DNA of 64,000 bases from an uncultured Candidatus Saccharibacteria bacterium. GTDB taxonomy: Bacteria > Patescibacteriota > Minisyncoccia > Phycocordibacterales > UBA6065. The DNA is taken from the NCBI GenBank assembly GCA_964495425.1, contig CAZBVG010000002.1:78570-142569 (forward strand), given 5' to 3'. Every line of letters starts with the position of its first letter. The stretch's first letter is position 1. The position numbers and the translations under genes are program-made. Of this stretch, positions 50,307-61,538 are shown piece by piece. The notes under the pieces are model-generated. The model did no database searches. It was given only the letters and a program-made list of their open reading frames with translations, and was not told the DNA's origin.

Positions 50307-50391
50307 CCGAGTTGTGATCGTTGTTAATAGGTCGTTGCAAGACTTGTATATAAGTATAGTACAATATACGAGTATTAGCTAAAGACACATC

Positions 50392-50910
50392 ATGAATACA
50401 TCTCGTAGAAATCAGTGGATCGCAGTATCTGTAGGTATTATAGTTGTCGCTATTCTCTTTTTTGGAGACAATATATGGGATCTAATTACCGGGAGCAACG
50501 CTTCAGCCGGTATGCAGTCGCAGGAAGTAACTTTGGGTGCACAAAATCCAATAGAAGTAACCGAAAAGGCAGCAAATATCTCTGAGGTTTCAGGTATCGA
50601 GATCTACGATCTTAAAATCGGTACTGGTGCAGAGGCTGCTCCGGGTACAACTGTAAAGGCTCATTACATTGGCACTCTCGCTGATGGCTCACAATTTGAC
50701 TCATCTCTCGAAAGAGGTGAACCGTATGAATTCAAACTCGGTAATGGATCTGTGATTAAGGGTCTTGATTTAGGTGTAGTTGGCATGAAGGTTGGTGGCA
50801 TACGTCAGCTTGTCATATCACCAGAGCTCGGCTTTGGTCCCCAGGCAATTGGATCTATTCCAGCCAATGCAACCCTCACATTTCAGGTTGAGCTCCTTGA
50901 GGTTAAATAG
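50392..50910 (+). CDS. FKBP-type peptidyl-prolyl isomerase with N-terminal TM
   Basis: HYIGTL.DG.QFDSS, VIKG, IPANATLTF.VELL. Confidence 0.95.
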   Translation: MNTSRRNQWIAVSVGIIVVAILFFGDNIWDLITGSNASAGMQSQEVTLGAQNPIEVTEKAANISEVSGIEIYDLKIGTGAEAAPGTTVKAHYIGTLADGSQFDSSLERGEPYEFKLGNGSVIKGLDLGVVGMKVGGIRQLVISPELGFGPQAIGSIPANATLTFQVELLEVK

Positions 50911-50973
50911 CCTTTGCAAAAATTCCAAATATAGGTAACGTTAGAGCTAGGAAACCCCTAGCTCTACCTCTAT

Positions 50974-51381
50974 ATGAATGCATGGTCTTGGCTTGATGTG
51001 TTCGGTTGCTTTGCAACTGTTGTAGTGATCCTCGGCTTTTCAGCCGCTAAGTGGGAAGGTAACGATAGTCTACTTGACGCACTCGCAATAGCGCTGTCTG
51101 TGATAGCCATTTTCGTTACCGGCATCCCACACACGTTTGCCTGGATTGCTTGTTTGTTGCTGTTATCAACAAACTTCATTCCCAGTCAGTTTACTCAACA
51201 GGTACAGAATGATTACGTACGTGTAACTCAGAGTATCGGGATACTGATTACCGCAGTGTCTGGAGCCGTGTTCATTTTCAACAGAAATAACGTCACCAGC
51301 ATTATATTCTGTCTTAGTATTGTGACGGCATTCTGCTATATACTTTACGGATTGGACTCATCAAAAAACCGCGCTCTCTGA
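50974..51381 (+). CDS. Orphan multi-pass membrane protein
   Basis: Four to five TMs; stop in loop of terminator AAAAACCG..CGGTTTTT. Confidence 0.65.
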   Translation: MNAWSWLDVFGCFATVVVILGFSAAKWEGNDSLLDALAIALSVIAIFVTGIPHTFAWIACLLLLSTNFIPSQFTQQVQNDYVRVTQSIGILITAVSGAVFIFNRNNVTSIIFCLSIVTAFCYILYGLDSSKNRAL

Positions 51382-51396
51382 GCACGGTTTTTTTCT

Positions 51397-52596
51397 TTAG
51401 TAATTTTTCAATTGATTGATTCTTTCGTGTTGGCGAATCTTTTCGTGAGCTTTTGCCTCAATCTGTCGAATACGCTCTCGAGTGACACCGAACTCCTTAC
51501 CCACCTCCTCAAGAGTGTGAGTAATACCGTCGTTGAGACCATGCCGCATTTCCAAAATCTTGCGCTCCTTTGGAGAAAGATCCCCGAGAATATTCCGGAC
51601 CTGATCCGCAAGAATACGTCGAGATGACTCCTGATCCGGAGAAAGAATCTTGTCATCAGATAGAAAATCTCCGAGAGTTGATTTATCTTCACCTTCATCT
51701 CCGACCGGACTCTCGAGCGAAACTGTGTCCTGATCAATTTTTTCAATCTGATACACCTTCTCCACTTCAAGTCCCATTTCTGTCGCAATCTCATCAGGTA
51801 GTGGATCACGTCCAAGATCCTGAGAGAGTCGGCGAACTACCTGCTTGTACTTAGCAATAGTTTCAACCATGTGAACCGGTACTCGAATGGTTCTCGACTG
51901 GTCAGCAAGAGCACGGGTGATCGCCTGACGAATCCACCAGGTAGCATATGTAGAAAACTTATAACCCTTGGTCCAGTCAAACTTATCGACTGCCTTAAAG
52001 AGACCCAAGTTTCCTTCCTGAATAAGATCAAGAAGAGTAAGATCCGCTGATCGACCCACGTATTTCTTTGCAATCGAAACAACAAGTCGCAGGTTTGCTT
52101 TTGCAAGAAGACCTTTTGCCTCTTCATCGCCTGCCTCAATTCGCTTCGCGAGTTCCTTTTCCATCGCTGCAGAAACAAGTGGATACTGACCTATTTCCTT
52201 CAAATACATTTGGATTGAATCGTATGAAGATTCACTTGATGCACGTCCAAAACTATACTTTTTACCACTTTCTTTTACCGGAGGTTCAAGATCAAGCATT
52301 CCACCTGACTCAAGCACATCTACGCCCGCTCCAGAGAGCTTTGCATAGAGTTCATCGAGAAACATAATATCGTCCTCAACATTCGGAAACTCTTTCAAAA
52401 TTTCATCATAGGTAACGAAACCACGTTCCTTGCCCTTTGAAACAAGCTTGTCCGCCTTTTTATTCGCTTCACGCGCTTTTTCCTTTGCTTTACCTGATAT
52501 AGGTTTAGCTTTTGCCTTTACAGGCTTTTTTGAAGGCTTAAGAGCCTTTTTCTTTGCTACTTTCGTTTTTGATTTTTTCTGCTGCTTTTTGGCCAT
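51397..52596 (-). CDS. rpoD: Primary sigma-70 factor with Lys-rich N-terminus
   Basis: [39 protein letters not shown]. Confidence 0.97.
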   Translation of the reverse strand: MAKKQQKKSKTKVAKKKALKPSKKPVKAKAKPISGKAKEKAREANKKADKLVSKGKERGFVTYDEILKEFPNVEDDIMFLDELYAKLSGAGVDVLESGGMLDLEPPVKESGKKYSFGRASSESSYDSIQMYLKEIGQYPLVSAAMEKELAKRIEAGDEEAKGLLAKANLRLVVSIAKKYVGRSADLTLLDLIQEGNLGLFKAVDKFDWTKGYKFSTYATWWIRQAITRALADQSRTIRVPVHMVETIAKYKQVVRRLSQDLGRDPLPDEIATEMGLEVEKVYQIEKIDQDTVSLESPVGDEGEDKSTLGDFLSDDKILSPDQESSRRILADQVRNILGDLSPKERKILEMRHGLNDGITHTLEEVGKEFGVTRERIRQIEAKAHEKIRQHERINQLKNY

Positions 52597-52644
52597 GTCT
52601 TTTTGATTATAGCAATATTTTACTTTCCTCGCGATTGATACTAA

Positions 52645-54366
52645 TTAGGTGGTTGTAAGCCGTTTAATTTCCTGAATTCTCTTCGAAATTACATCTATCC
52701 TTCTCATTAATTCGTCAGTTGCATGTGATGCCTTTTCTGCTCGATGAAGTTCGGCTAGTGCGTGCTCAAGCCTCTTTTTTGCATACTCTTCCTCAAGATG
52801 GAGCATAAGGATTTTAAATTCTTTTTCAATCTTCTCATCTCCGTATGTAATCTCTGCTTCGAGGGTGAGCTCTGCTAGGTCATCCTTTGATAAGGATGCG
52901 AAGGCTTTTGCCTTTTCCTCTCCACTAATCTTTTCCAGTTCTTTAATGTACTTTTCGTCTCCGCTAAAATACTTCTTTGAATGAATAATTCCGATTATTT
53001 TACGTTCAATTGATTCTAGCCTTTCTATCTTTCTATGCCCGGGTGAGCCTGAGATCGTCTTCGATTCTGTCCCGGAAGGATGTGCTTTTACGTATGCCTG
53101 CAAATCCTTCCACAACGCGTCTTCACTAATTGATAATCGTTCTGCGATGCGTTTGATTGCATGGAATCGGGGTGTATCAAGTGGTATTGCTCTCACATAC
53201 GGAAATATTTCATCTTTTACTTGTTTTGCAATAACGGCTGGTGTCGCTTTAGAGTCTACAAGCGTTGTAGCAAGGTAATCGATGAAATCTTTTTTCGTCT
53301 CGAGAGCTTTAGCCCAATCCTTTTCGTTAGCTTTAATGATATCCGCAGGATCCTTTCCACCTTTAATATCAATGATTTTGACATTCATACCGAGTGAAAT
53401 TGCCGGCACGATTCGCTTCACGGCTTTTTGACCTGCTGAATCTGAGTCAAATGCCACAACAATGTTGTCAGAAAGTCTTGTGAGCAGACCAAATGCTGAA
53501 TCAATACCATCATCATCCGTAAATGCTGTACCTGACGCCGCTACGGTGTTTGTAAAACCAGCTTGATGCGACATAACAAGATCCATCTGTCCTTCTACGA
53601 GAATTGAGTAGTCCCGCTTACGAACATCTGTCTTGGCTTTATCGAGACCATACAGAATTTTTGATTTGGTATAGAGTACTGTTTCTGGACTATTTAGATA
53701 TTTTGGAGACTTACCATCATCGATGATAATTCGTCCAGAAAAGGCTACAACGCGCCCAGATGAGTCAGAGATAGGAAACATGATTCTACCCCTGAACACA
53801 TCATAATACGGGTCTCCGCCGGGCTTTTCTGTCTTTTTAATGAGCCCAACAGCTTCTACATCCGCATCTTTATACCCTTTCCCCTTTAAATACGCTCGAA
53901 GTGTCCGCCATTCATTCAATGCATATCCAATGCGAAATGAGTCTATGGTTTTTTGGGTAAGACCTCTCCCTAGAATATATGCATGAGCAGACTTGTCCTT
54001 TTTGAGATTTTCTTCAAAAAAGTCTGTTGCATCTTCAAGAATTTTATAGAGAAGTTCCTTACGATTGTCTTTTGGATCACTCAGAGTATCGAGTCGAACA
54101 CCCGCCCGATCTGCCAGTACCTTAAGTGCACCCATGAAATCTATGCCCTCAAATTTCTCAACGAACGTAAAGATATCACCCTTGGCACTGCAACCAAAAC
54201 AATAGAACGATCCGCGCTCTGGAGAAACATAAAACGACGGCGTCTTTTCATTGTGAAATGGACATCGTGCTTTATAGTTTGTGCCCGACTTATCGAGCTT
54301 TATGTAAGAACCCACAACATCTACGATGCCGAGGCGTTCCTTTATATCTTGGACGTGCGTACTCAT
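52645..54366 (-). CDS. dnaG: DNA primase
   Basis: CPFH..CFGC, KYLNSPET, VEGQMD, FDSD. Confidence 0.97.
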   Translation of the reverse strand: MSTHVQDIKERLGIVDVVGSYIKLDKSGTNYKARCPFHNEKTPSFYVSPERGSFYCFGCSAKGDIFTFVEKFEGIDFMGALKVLADRAGVRLDTLSDPKDNRKELLYKILEDATDFFEENLKKDKSAHAYILGRGLTQKTIDSFRIGYALNEWRTLRAYLKGKGYKDADVEAVGLIKKTEKPGGDPYYDVFRGRIMFPISDSSGRVVAFSGRIIIDDGKSPKYLNSPETVLYTKSKILYGLDKAKTDVRKRDYSILVEGQMDLVMSHQAGFTNTVAASGTAFTDDDGIDSAFGLLTRLSDNIVVAFDSDSAGQKAVKRIVPAISLGMNVKIIDIKGGKDPADIIKANEKDWAKALETKKDFIDYLATTLVDSKATPAVIAKQVKDEIFPYVRAIPLDTPRFHAIKRIAERLSISEDALWKDLQAYVKAHPSGTESKTISGSPGHRKIERLESIERKIIGIIHSKKYFSGDEKYIKELEKISGEEKAKAFASLSKDDLAELTLEAEITYGDEKIEKEFKILMLHLEEEYAKKRLEHALAELHRAEKASHATDELMRRIDVISKRIQEIKRLTTT

Positions 54367-54406
54367 GGTTACGATACCTAACCAACACAGACCTTCCCGC
54401 CCGCAA

Positions 54407-57400
54407 TTATTCTTCTATATTTTCTACCTGCTTTGGTGCTATCTTCTCAATCATCTCATGTTTTGGACTACCTTTGTAACCAGTACCCGCTGGAATGAGA
54501 CGACCAATAATAACGTTTTCCTTGAGACCCTGGAGTCTATCTTCTGTACCTCGAATAGCTGCTGAGATGAAGATTCGTGTAGTGTGCTGGAACGATGCTG
54601 CTGAAAGGAATGACTGTCGAGAAAGTGATACCTCAGTAATACCCATCACAACAGATTCTGTTGTTGCTGAATCCTTACCTAGTGCCTTCTGCTTGTCGTT
54701 CTCTTCAGTAATATCGAATGCGTCCGCAACATCATCAATTGAGAATCGAGAATCTCCTGAGCCTGTAACACGTCGTCGTGAGAACATCTGCTTCACGATG
54801 ATTTCGATGTGCTTTCGAGACACAGTTTCACCCTGAAGTTCGTAAATCTTACCGATTTCACGAATGATGTACTCCATTGCCTTCTCCTTGCCTGCGTACT
54901 CGAAAATTTCATCGATATCAGCAGAACCATCAGTGAGAAGCTGACCCTTAGTTACCTTGTCGCCCATCTTAACGAGCGCCATTCGTTTGTAATTGAATAC
55001 ATATTCAACCTCACCAGATTTCTTACCCTTACCCTTATCTTCAAGATCAGGAATAACAGTAATCGTCTTTTCCTTACCGCCATCCTTAACAGATGAAACA
55101 GTACCGCTCACCGTAGCAACAACAGCAGGATTCTTTGGTCGGCGCTTTTCGAACACTTCTTCAACTCGAGGAAGACCCTGTGTGATGTCTCCACCAACAG
55201 ACGCAGTACCTCCGGCGTGGAATGTACGCATCGTAAGCTGAGTACCAGGTTCACCGATCGCTTGTGCAGCGACAGTTCCTACCGCCTCACCTATATCAAT
55301 GAGATGATTTTTACCAAGATCAATACCGTAACACTGCTGACATACACCATGAAGTGTCTTACATGAAAGTGGTGATCGAACCTTAATTTCAGTTGCTCCT
55401 GCATTTTCGATTGCTGCTGCATCCTGTTTAGAAAGAAGTGTTCCTTTCTTAAAGAGTGTAGTGCCCTTTGCATCCTTCACATCTTCAGCAAGTACTCGGC
55501 CTCGAATGTTTTTAGCAATTGAGACTTCAATACCTGAAGCACTTTCCTTCTTGATAACAATTGAATCCTTGGTACCACAATCAGCTTCGGTAACCATAAC
55601 ATCCTGTGCTACATCGAAGAGTCGTCGAGTAAGATAACCTGCTCGAGCGGTGTTAAGCGCGGTGTCTGTAAGACCCTTTCGTGCACCGTGAGTTGTAATG
55701 AAGTATTCAATCGGTGTGAGACCTTCCTTCATACCTGAGATAATTGGGAATTCGATAGTTTCACCCGCAGTATTTGTGATGAGACCCTTCATACCCACCA
55801 TCTGTGTAATGTTACCAATAGAACCTCGAGCACCTGATCGCACCATATCGGTTACTGGACCCTGTGGCTCAAGAGAATCCGGGATGAGCTTTTCAATATC
55901 TGACTTAGCTTTGTGCCAAATCTCAACATTCTTTCGAATTCGTTCATCGTCAGAAAGAAGACCATCATTGAACTGATCATTCACAGTTTCTGACTCAACC
56001 TTAGCCTTCGCCACAACTCCATCCTTACCTGCTGGAGTTTTTACGTCATCAATACCCCATGTAATACCTGAGTATGTAGTGTAGTTGAAGCCGAATTTCT
56101 TAATGTCGTTGAGAATAACCGGCACCTTATCAATTGAGTATCGAATGATGAGATCATCCATGATACCTGCCATAGTCTTTCGTTCAATTTCCTTATTGAT
56201 GAAAGGATAATCAACCGGAAGAATATTGTTAAAGAGAATTCGACCGACTGTTGTGTCGAATACTTTGCCCTTGAATTCGCCGAATTTAGCCGTATCTGGA
56301 GCAAGAACCTTTACCGATGCTCGGTATGATACTTCGCCGAAATCAGATGCGAGAACTGCTGCTTCTGGTGATTCAAAAATCTTACCCTCACCCTTTTCAC
56401 CCTTAACTGACTTGGTCATCCAATACACACCCAAGATAATGTCGAGCATTTTGTTGGTGAGTGTAAGATCACCTGAACCTGGCTTCAAGATGTTTTTATC
56501 TGATGCCATGATTTCCTTTGCCTCCTTCTGTGCTTCTGGAGAAAGTGGAACGTGAACGGCCATCTGGTCTCCGTCGAAGTCCGCGTTGAACGCTGAACAT
56601 ACGAGTGGGTGAACCTGAATAGCGTTACCTTCAATGAGTTTTGGTCGGAATGCCTGAATACCGAGTCGGTGGAGCGTAGGTGCTCGGTTCAAAAGCACGT
56701 ACTTGCCTTCAATCACATCTTCAAGAATCGCCCATACTTCTGGAATGCCATCTTCGATAAGTCGTGATGCGCCTCGGATGTTGTATGCGAGTTCTCGCTT
56801 CAAGAGTTCAGAAATAACGAACGGCTTGAAAAGTTCGAGTGCCATGTGCTTTGGAAGACCGCACTGGTCGAGTGCCAAATCTGGACCCACGACGATAACT
56901 GATCGTCCTGAGTAGTCCACTCGCTTACCGAGAAGGTTACCTCGGAGAAGTCCTCGCTTACCCTTAAGGTTGTCAGCAAGAGACTTGAGTGCTCGCTTTG
57001 ATGCAAGTGATCCAGCGGCAGTTGTCGAGTTACCGTGTCGGATTGAGTTGTCGATAAGCGCATCAACAGCTTCCTGCAAGATTCGCTTTTCGTTTCTCAA
57101 GATTACATCAGGAGCCATGATTTCCTTAAGCTTCTGAAGTCGGTTATTTCGGTTAATAACACGTCGATAAAGATCGTTTACATCTGAAGTTGCGTAGCGA
57201 CCACCATCAAGAGGAACCATCGGTCGAAGTGCTGGTGGAATAACTGGGATTCGAGAAAGGAACATCCACTCTGGGCGAATGTTTGACTTGATCATTGCTC
57301 GAATAACAGAGAGTCGGCGATTCATCTTATCTTTCTCAAGGCTGTTTGCTTTTTCGAGAGCAGTTACCACATGTGCTTCAAGCTTCTTGAGATCAAGAGC

Positions 57401-58087
57401 CTTGCAGATGTTATAAATTGCTTCCGCACCAATACCAGCGTCAAAGAGAGTTGCGTATTTCATCGCATACTTTCCGTACTCAACCTCGTCGAGAACTACG
57501 CTGGTCTGGATTGCATCAATTTCCTTCTTTGCGCCTGAGTACATTGTCTTGAGCGCCTCCTTTGTTTTCTCGTCCTGAGCTGTCTTTATTTTTGACTTAA
57601 ATTCTGACTCAAGATCCTTCATGATCTCTGCTCGCGCATTCTCATGAACCGCTGTAACAATGTAGCCTGCAAAGTAAATAACCTTCTCAAGATCTGCTGT
57701 GGTCATTCCCAAGATAAGACCAAGTCGTGAAGGCATTGATCGAAGGAACCAAATATGTGAGACCGGGGTCGCGAGTTCAATGTGACCCATTCGCTCTCGT
57801 CGTACGATTGATCGTGTGATTTCTACCCCACATTTTTCGCAGACAATTCCCTTATATCGAATACCTCGATATTTACCGCAGTAACATTCGTAATCCTTGT
57901 CTGGACCGAAAATCTTCTCGTCGAAAAGACCGTTCTTTTCTGAACGCTGTGTTCGGTAGTTAATTGTTTCCGGTTTTGTTACTTCACCGAAAGACCATTC
58001 CTTGATTCGATCAGGAGATGCAAGGCGAAGCGCCACTACATCGAAGTCTGTGAATTCTGGAGTCTTATTTTTTTGTGTATATGCCAT
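54407..58087 (-). CDS. rpoC: RNA polymerase beta-prime subunit
   Basis: NADFDGD, GKRVDYSGRS, GEPGTQLTMRTFH. Confidence 0.99.
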   Translation of the reverse strand: MAYTQKNKTPEFTDFDVVALRLASPDRIKEWSFGEVTKPETINYRTQRSEKNGLFDEKIFGPDKDYECYCGKYRGIRYKGIVCEKCGVEITRSIVRRERMGHIELATPVSHIWFLRSMPSRLGLILGMTTADLEKVIYFAGYIVTAVHENARAEIMKDLESEFKSKIKTAQDEKTKEALKTMYSGAKKEIDAIQTSVVLDEVEYGKYAMKYATLFDAGIGAEAIYNICKALDLKKLEAHVVTALEKANSLEKDKMNRRLSVIRAMIKSNIRPEWMFLSRIPVIPPALRPMVPLDGGRYATSDVNDLYRRVINRNNRLQKLKEIMAPDVILRNEKRILQEAVDALIDNSIRHGNSTTAAGSLASKRALKSLADNLKGKRGLLRGNLLGKRVDYSGRSVIVVGPDLALDQCGLPKHMALELFKPFVISELLKRELAYNIRGASRLIEDGIPEVWAILEDVIEGKYVLLNRAPTLHRLGIQAFRPKLIEGNAIQVHPLVCSAFNADFDGDQMAVHVPLSPEAQKEAKEIMASDKNILKPGSGDLTLTNKMLDIILGVYWMTKSVKGEKGEGKIFESPEAAVLASDFGEVSYRASVKVLAPDTAKFGEFKGKVFDTTVGRILFNNILPVDYPFINKEIERKTMAGIMDDLIIRYSIDKVPVILNDIKKFGFNYTTYSGITWGIDDVKTPAGKDGVVAKAKVESETVNDQFNDGLLSDDERIRKNVEIWHKAKSDIEKLIPDSLEPQGPVTDMVRSGARGSIGNITQMVGMKGLITNTAGETIEFPIISGMKEGLTPIEYFITTHGARKGLTDTALNTARAGYLTRRLFDVAQDVMVTEADCGTKDSIVIKKESASGIEVSIAKNIRGRVLAEDVKDAKGTTLFKKGTLLSKQDAAAIENAGATEIKVRSPLSCKTLHGVCQQCYGIDLGKNHLIDIGEAVGTVAAQAIGEPGTQLTMRTFHAGGTASVGGDITQGLPRVEEVFEKRRPKNPAVVATVSGTVSSVKDGGKEKTITVIPDLEDKGKGKKSGEVEYVFNYKRMALVKMGDKVTKGQLLTDGSADIDEIFEYAGKEKAMEYIIREIGKIYELQGETVSRKHIEIIVKQMFSRRRVTGSGDSRFSIDDVADAFDITEENDKQKALGKDSATTESVVMGITEVSLSRQSFLSAASFQHTTRIFISAAIRGTEDRLQGLKENVIIGRLIPAGTGYKGSPKHEMIEKIAPKQVENIEE

Positions 58088-58116
58088 ATAGATGTGAATT
58101 AGAACTTAGATATAGC

Positions 58117-61100
58117 TTATTTCTTCTTACTAATATCCTTGCCGTCCTTTCTTAGTTCGACGTCGAGTGCAAGACCCCTAAGAGAGTTGAGTAATACATG
58201 AAATGAAGCCGGAATGTTTGGCTGCTGAAGCTGCTCCCCCTTAACAATTGAGTCAAACGCAGCTGATCGTCCCTGAATATCGTCTGATTTGATTGTAAGG
58301 ATTTCTCGAAGCGTATGAGCCACACCGTGACCGAGGAGTGCCCAGACTTCCATTTCTCCAAATCGCTGACCTCCACCCTGCGCTTTACCGCCAAGAGGCT
58401 GCTGAGTAATAAGCGAGTATGGACCAATAGATCGCATATGGATCTTGTCTTCCACCATGTGGTGAAGCTTCAAGATGTACATGTAACCAACTGAAATATC
58501 CTGCTGGAATTTTTCACCAGTTCGGCCGTCGTAGAGTGGAATCTTTCCATTTTCAGGAAGACCTGCCTTTTTAAGCTCCTGCTTAATTTCAACATCAGTA
58601 GCACCAGCAAACGGAGGAACAATCGCCTGATATCCAAGCGTATTCGCCGCAAGACCAAGATGGAGCTCAAGAATCTGACCAAGGTTCATACGTGATGGCA
58701 CACCGAGTGGTGTAAGAATCACATCAATTGGAGTTCCGTCTGCGCTGTATGGCATATCCTCTTCAGGAAGAATCTTTGAGATAACACCTTTGTTTCCGTG
58801 TCGACCTGCAAGTTTGTCTCCTACAGACACCGTTCGAAGCTGCGCTACTTCAACATGAATTCGCTTAATAATACCTGATTCAAGTTTGTCACCCTTTTCT
58901 CGTGAAAATACCTTTACAGAGATAACGCGACCTCGCTTACCTCCTTCCATTCGCTTAGAAGTATCTTTCACATCTCGAGCCTTTTCACCGAAGATAGATC
59001 GAAGAAGTCGCTCTTCTGGAGTAAGCTGCGTCTCACCCTTTGGAGTAATTTTACCGACAAGAATGTCTCCTGATCGTACTTCAGCACCGATTCGAATAAC
59101 ACCGTCTTCGTCGAGATTTCGAAGTTTTTGTTCACCAACGTTTGGAATATCGTGAGTAGTAACCTCAGGACCGAGCTTTGTATCTCGAACGTTTACGATA
59201 AATTCCTCAATGTTTATAGAGGTAAACTTTGAGTTCTTAACAACTCGTTCAGAAATAATGATTGCGTCTTCGTAGTTAGCACCTGACCATGACATGAACG
59301 CTACGAGCATGTTCTGGCCGAGCGCAATCTGACCACCATCAGATGATGATGCGTCTACAAGTACCTGTCCCTTCTTTACCTTTTCATTAAGAGATACAAC
59401 TGGTCGCTGATGATATGCGGTGAAACCGTTTGTTCGCTGGAATGAAACAAGTTTATAGGTTGTTTCCTTTCCCTTTGCGTTTTTGAAGGTAACTTTGTTT
59501 GCATCTACTGCAGAAATAACACCGTCCTCTGGTGCAAGGACAATTCGTCCTGTATATTCCGCCGCTTTTGCTTCAACACCTGTCGCAACGAGAGGAGCTT
59601 CAGGGATGATACATGGGGTTGCCTGCTTCTGCATGTTCGAACCCATGAGCGCTCGGTTTGCGTCGTCGTGGTTAAGGAACGGAATCATATTTGTCGCAAT
59701 CGAGAATGCCTGATTCGTTGACACATCAATGAAATCAACCTCTTCTCGCTTGGCGATTGTAGGACCACCGTTTTGTCGCACCTCTACAACTTCCTCAAGA
59801 ATCTTGCCGTCCTTGTCATACGGAGTTGCCGCATGAGCAATTCGGTAGCTTTCTTCTTCAAGTGCATTTAGATACACAATTTCCTTGGTAACCTTACCTC
59901 CCTTTACCTTTGCATAAGGAGTTTCAATCATTCCAAAGTCATTGAGTCGAGCGTATGTAGAAAGGCGCAAGATAAGACCGATGTTTGGACCTTCTGGAGT
60001 ATGGATCGGACAAAGTCGACCATAGTGAGATGGGTGCACGTCTCGCACTTCGAAACCCGCTCGTTCTCGTGTAAGACCACCAGGACCGAGCGCTGAAAGC
60101 GTTCGGAGGTGTTCAAGCTCAGTAAGAATGTTTTCCTGCTGCATGAACTGTGAAAGCTGGTTGGTTGTAAAGAATTCCTTAAGTCGTGCCTGGAGAGGTC
60201 GTGGAGAAACAAATGTAAGAGGCTGTGTTGTATCTGGCTCGATAGTAGACATTCGATCCTGAATATTTCGCTTCATCTGTGAGAGACCAACACGAAGCTT
60301 CTGCTGCATAAGTTCACCAACATAACGAACACGTCGTGAACCAAGATGATCAATATCATCTTCCATTGCATCGAGCTTGCCGTTAAGGTGCACAATGTGA
60401 CCAATAATAGTTGCAAGATCATCAGCGGTAATAGTCTTCTGCTCGAGATCTTTTTCTTCCATAGACTTGCCGAATCGCTTGTTAAAGCGGAAACGTCCTA
60501 CGTTTGAAAGATCATATCGATCCTTATGGAATAGCGACATGATAAATTCCTTTGCGTTGTCAGCAGTTGCAAGATCTCCATCTCGAAGTCGCTTATGGAT
60601 CTCGATATATGCATCATTTACTGTCTTTGCAGTATCCTTTGCGAGTGATGCTGCAACCACCTTTTGTGCAGCCTCGTCACCCTTGAAGTATGCGAGGATT
60701 TTCTCATCCGTATCTGCCCCGAGAGCTCGGAGTAATGCGGTAACCATGAACTTTCGCTTACGATCGATACGAGCATAGATTGTGCCATCATTATCAGTTT
60801 CGATTTCAAGCCATACGCCTCGTGCTGGGATCACTTTAGCGCCGAATACTGTCTTGCCCTTTACCTCATCTGAAGTAAAGAAAACACCGAATGATCGTGC
60901 AAGCTGGGGTACGATTACACGTTCAATACCGTTGATGATGAATGTTCCGTGAGATGTCATCAATGGAAAATCAGCGAGGAAGATTTCCTGCTCTTTTTCA
61001 GAGTTAAACATCTTATTCTTAAGCTTTATGCGAACCTTAAGGGGTGCTTCGTATGAAAGCTTATTGTCTTTTGCATAATGCTCGTCATATTTTGCTTCTG

Positions 61101-61296
61101 CGAGCTCGAAACCTGTGAAAGACAACTCAAATTTCTTGTCTGAATAGTCCTTGATTGGCGAGAATTCCTGAAAAAGATCTGAAAGACCTTTTTCGATAAG
61201 CCACTTGAACGACTCCGTCTGTGCCTCTACGAGATTTGGAATGTCCGCGAGAGGTTCCTTGAATCGTCCGAAATACTTCTGTTCTTTCTTTAGCAT
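58117..61296 (-). CDS. rpoB: RNA polymerase beta subunit
   Basis: TPEGPNIGL, GDKLAGRHGNKG, GQRFGEMEVWAL. Confidence 0.99.
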   Translation of the reverse strand: MLKKEQKYFGRFKEPLADIPNLVEAQTESFKWLIEKGLSDLFQEFSPIKDYSDKKFELSFTGFELAEAKYDEHYAKDNKLSYEAPLKVRIKLKNKMFNSEKEQEIFLADFPLMTSHGTFIINGIERVIVPQLARSFGVFFTSDEVKGKTVFGAKVIPARGVWLEIETDNDGTIYARIDRKRKFMVTALLRALGADTDEKILAYFKGDEAAQKVVAASLAKDTAKTVNDAYIEIHKRLRDGDLATADNAKEFIMSLFHKDRYDLSNVGRFRFNKRFGKSMEEKDLEQKTITADDLATIIGHIVHLNGKLDAMEDDIDHLGSRRVRYVGELMQQKLRVGLSQMKRNIQDRMSTIEPDTTQPLTFVSPRPLQARLKEFFTTNQLSQFMQQENILTELEHLRTLSALGPGGLTRERAGFEVRDVHPSHYGRLCPIHTPEGPNIGLILRLSTYARLNDFGMIETPYAKVKGGKVTKEIVYLNALEEESYRIAHAATPYDKDGKILEEVVEVRQNGGPTIAKREEVDFIDVSTNQAFSIATNMIPFLNHDDANRALMGSNMQKQATPCIIPEAPLVATGVEAKAAEYTGRIVLAPEDGVISAVDANKVTFKNAKGKETTYKLVSFQRTNGFTAYHQRPVVSLNEKVKKGQVLVDASSSDGGQIALGQNMLVAFMSWSGANYEDAIIISERVVKNSKFTSINIEEFIVNVRDTKLGPEVTTHDIPNVGEQKLRNLDEDGVIRIGAEVRSGDILVGKITPKGETQLTPEERLLRSIFGEKARDVKDTSKRMEGGKRGRVISVKVFSREKGDKLESGIIKRIHVEVAQLRTVSVGDKLAGRHGNKGVISKILPEEDMPYSADGTPIDVILTPLGVPSRMNLGQILELHLGLAANTLGYQAIVPPFAGATDVEIKQELKKAGLPENGKIPLYDGRTGEKFQQDISVGYMYILKLHHMVEDKIHMRSIGPYSLITQQPLGGKAQGGGQRFGEMEVWALLGHGVAHTLREILTIKSDDIQGRSAAFDSIVKGEQLQQPNIPASFHVLLNSLRGLALDVELRKDGKDISKKK

Positions 61297-61507
61297 AGTC
61301 AGTATAAAACCTTATAAAAATCGTTTTCAAAAACTACAGAACACAGAGAACGAGTAAAGAACGCAAAATGACCTCCTTGAAAGAGGTTTCCGTTCGTTTA
61401 AGTCGATCTTATGAAAGTGTAGGCAAGAAAAGGATAAAAAACCCTTATAAATACTTCGTGTTTCCCCAGTAACACAATCTTGCTCGAAGTGGTGTAGATA
61501 GTATATG

Positions 61508-61535
61508 AAAACCCCGCTCAGGTCAAGCGGGGTTT
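61508..61535 (-). terminator. Terminator whose loop holds the rpoB -35
   Basis: AAACCCCGCT-TGACCTG-AGCGGGGTTTT; TTGACC-17-TACTAT. Confidence 0.7.
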
Positions 61536-61538
61536 GTG

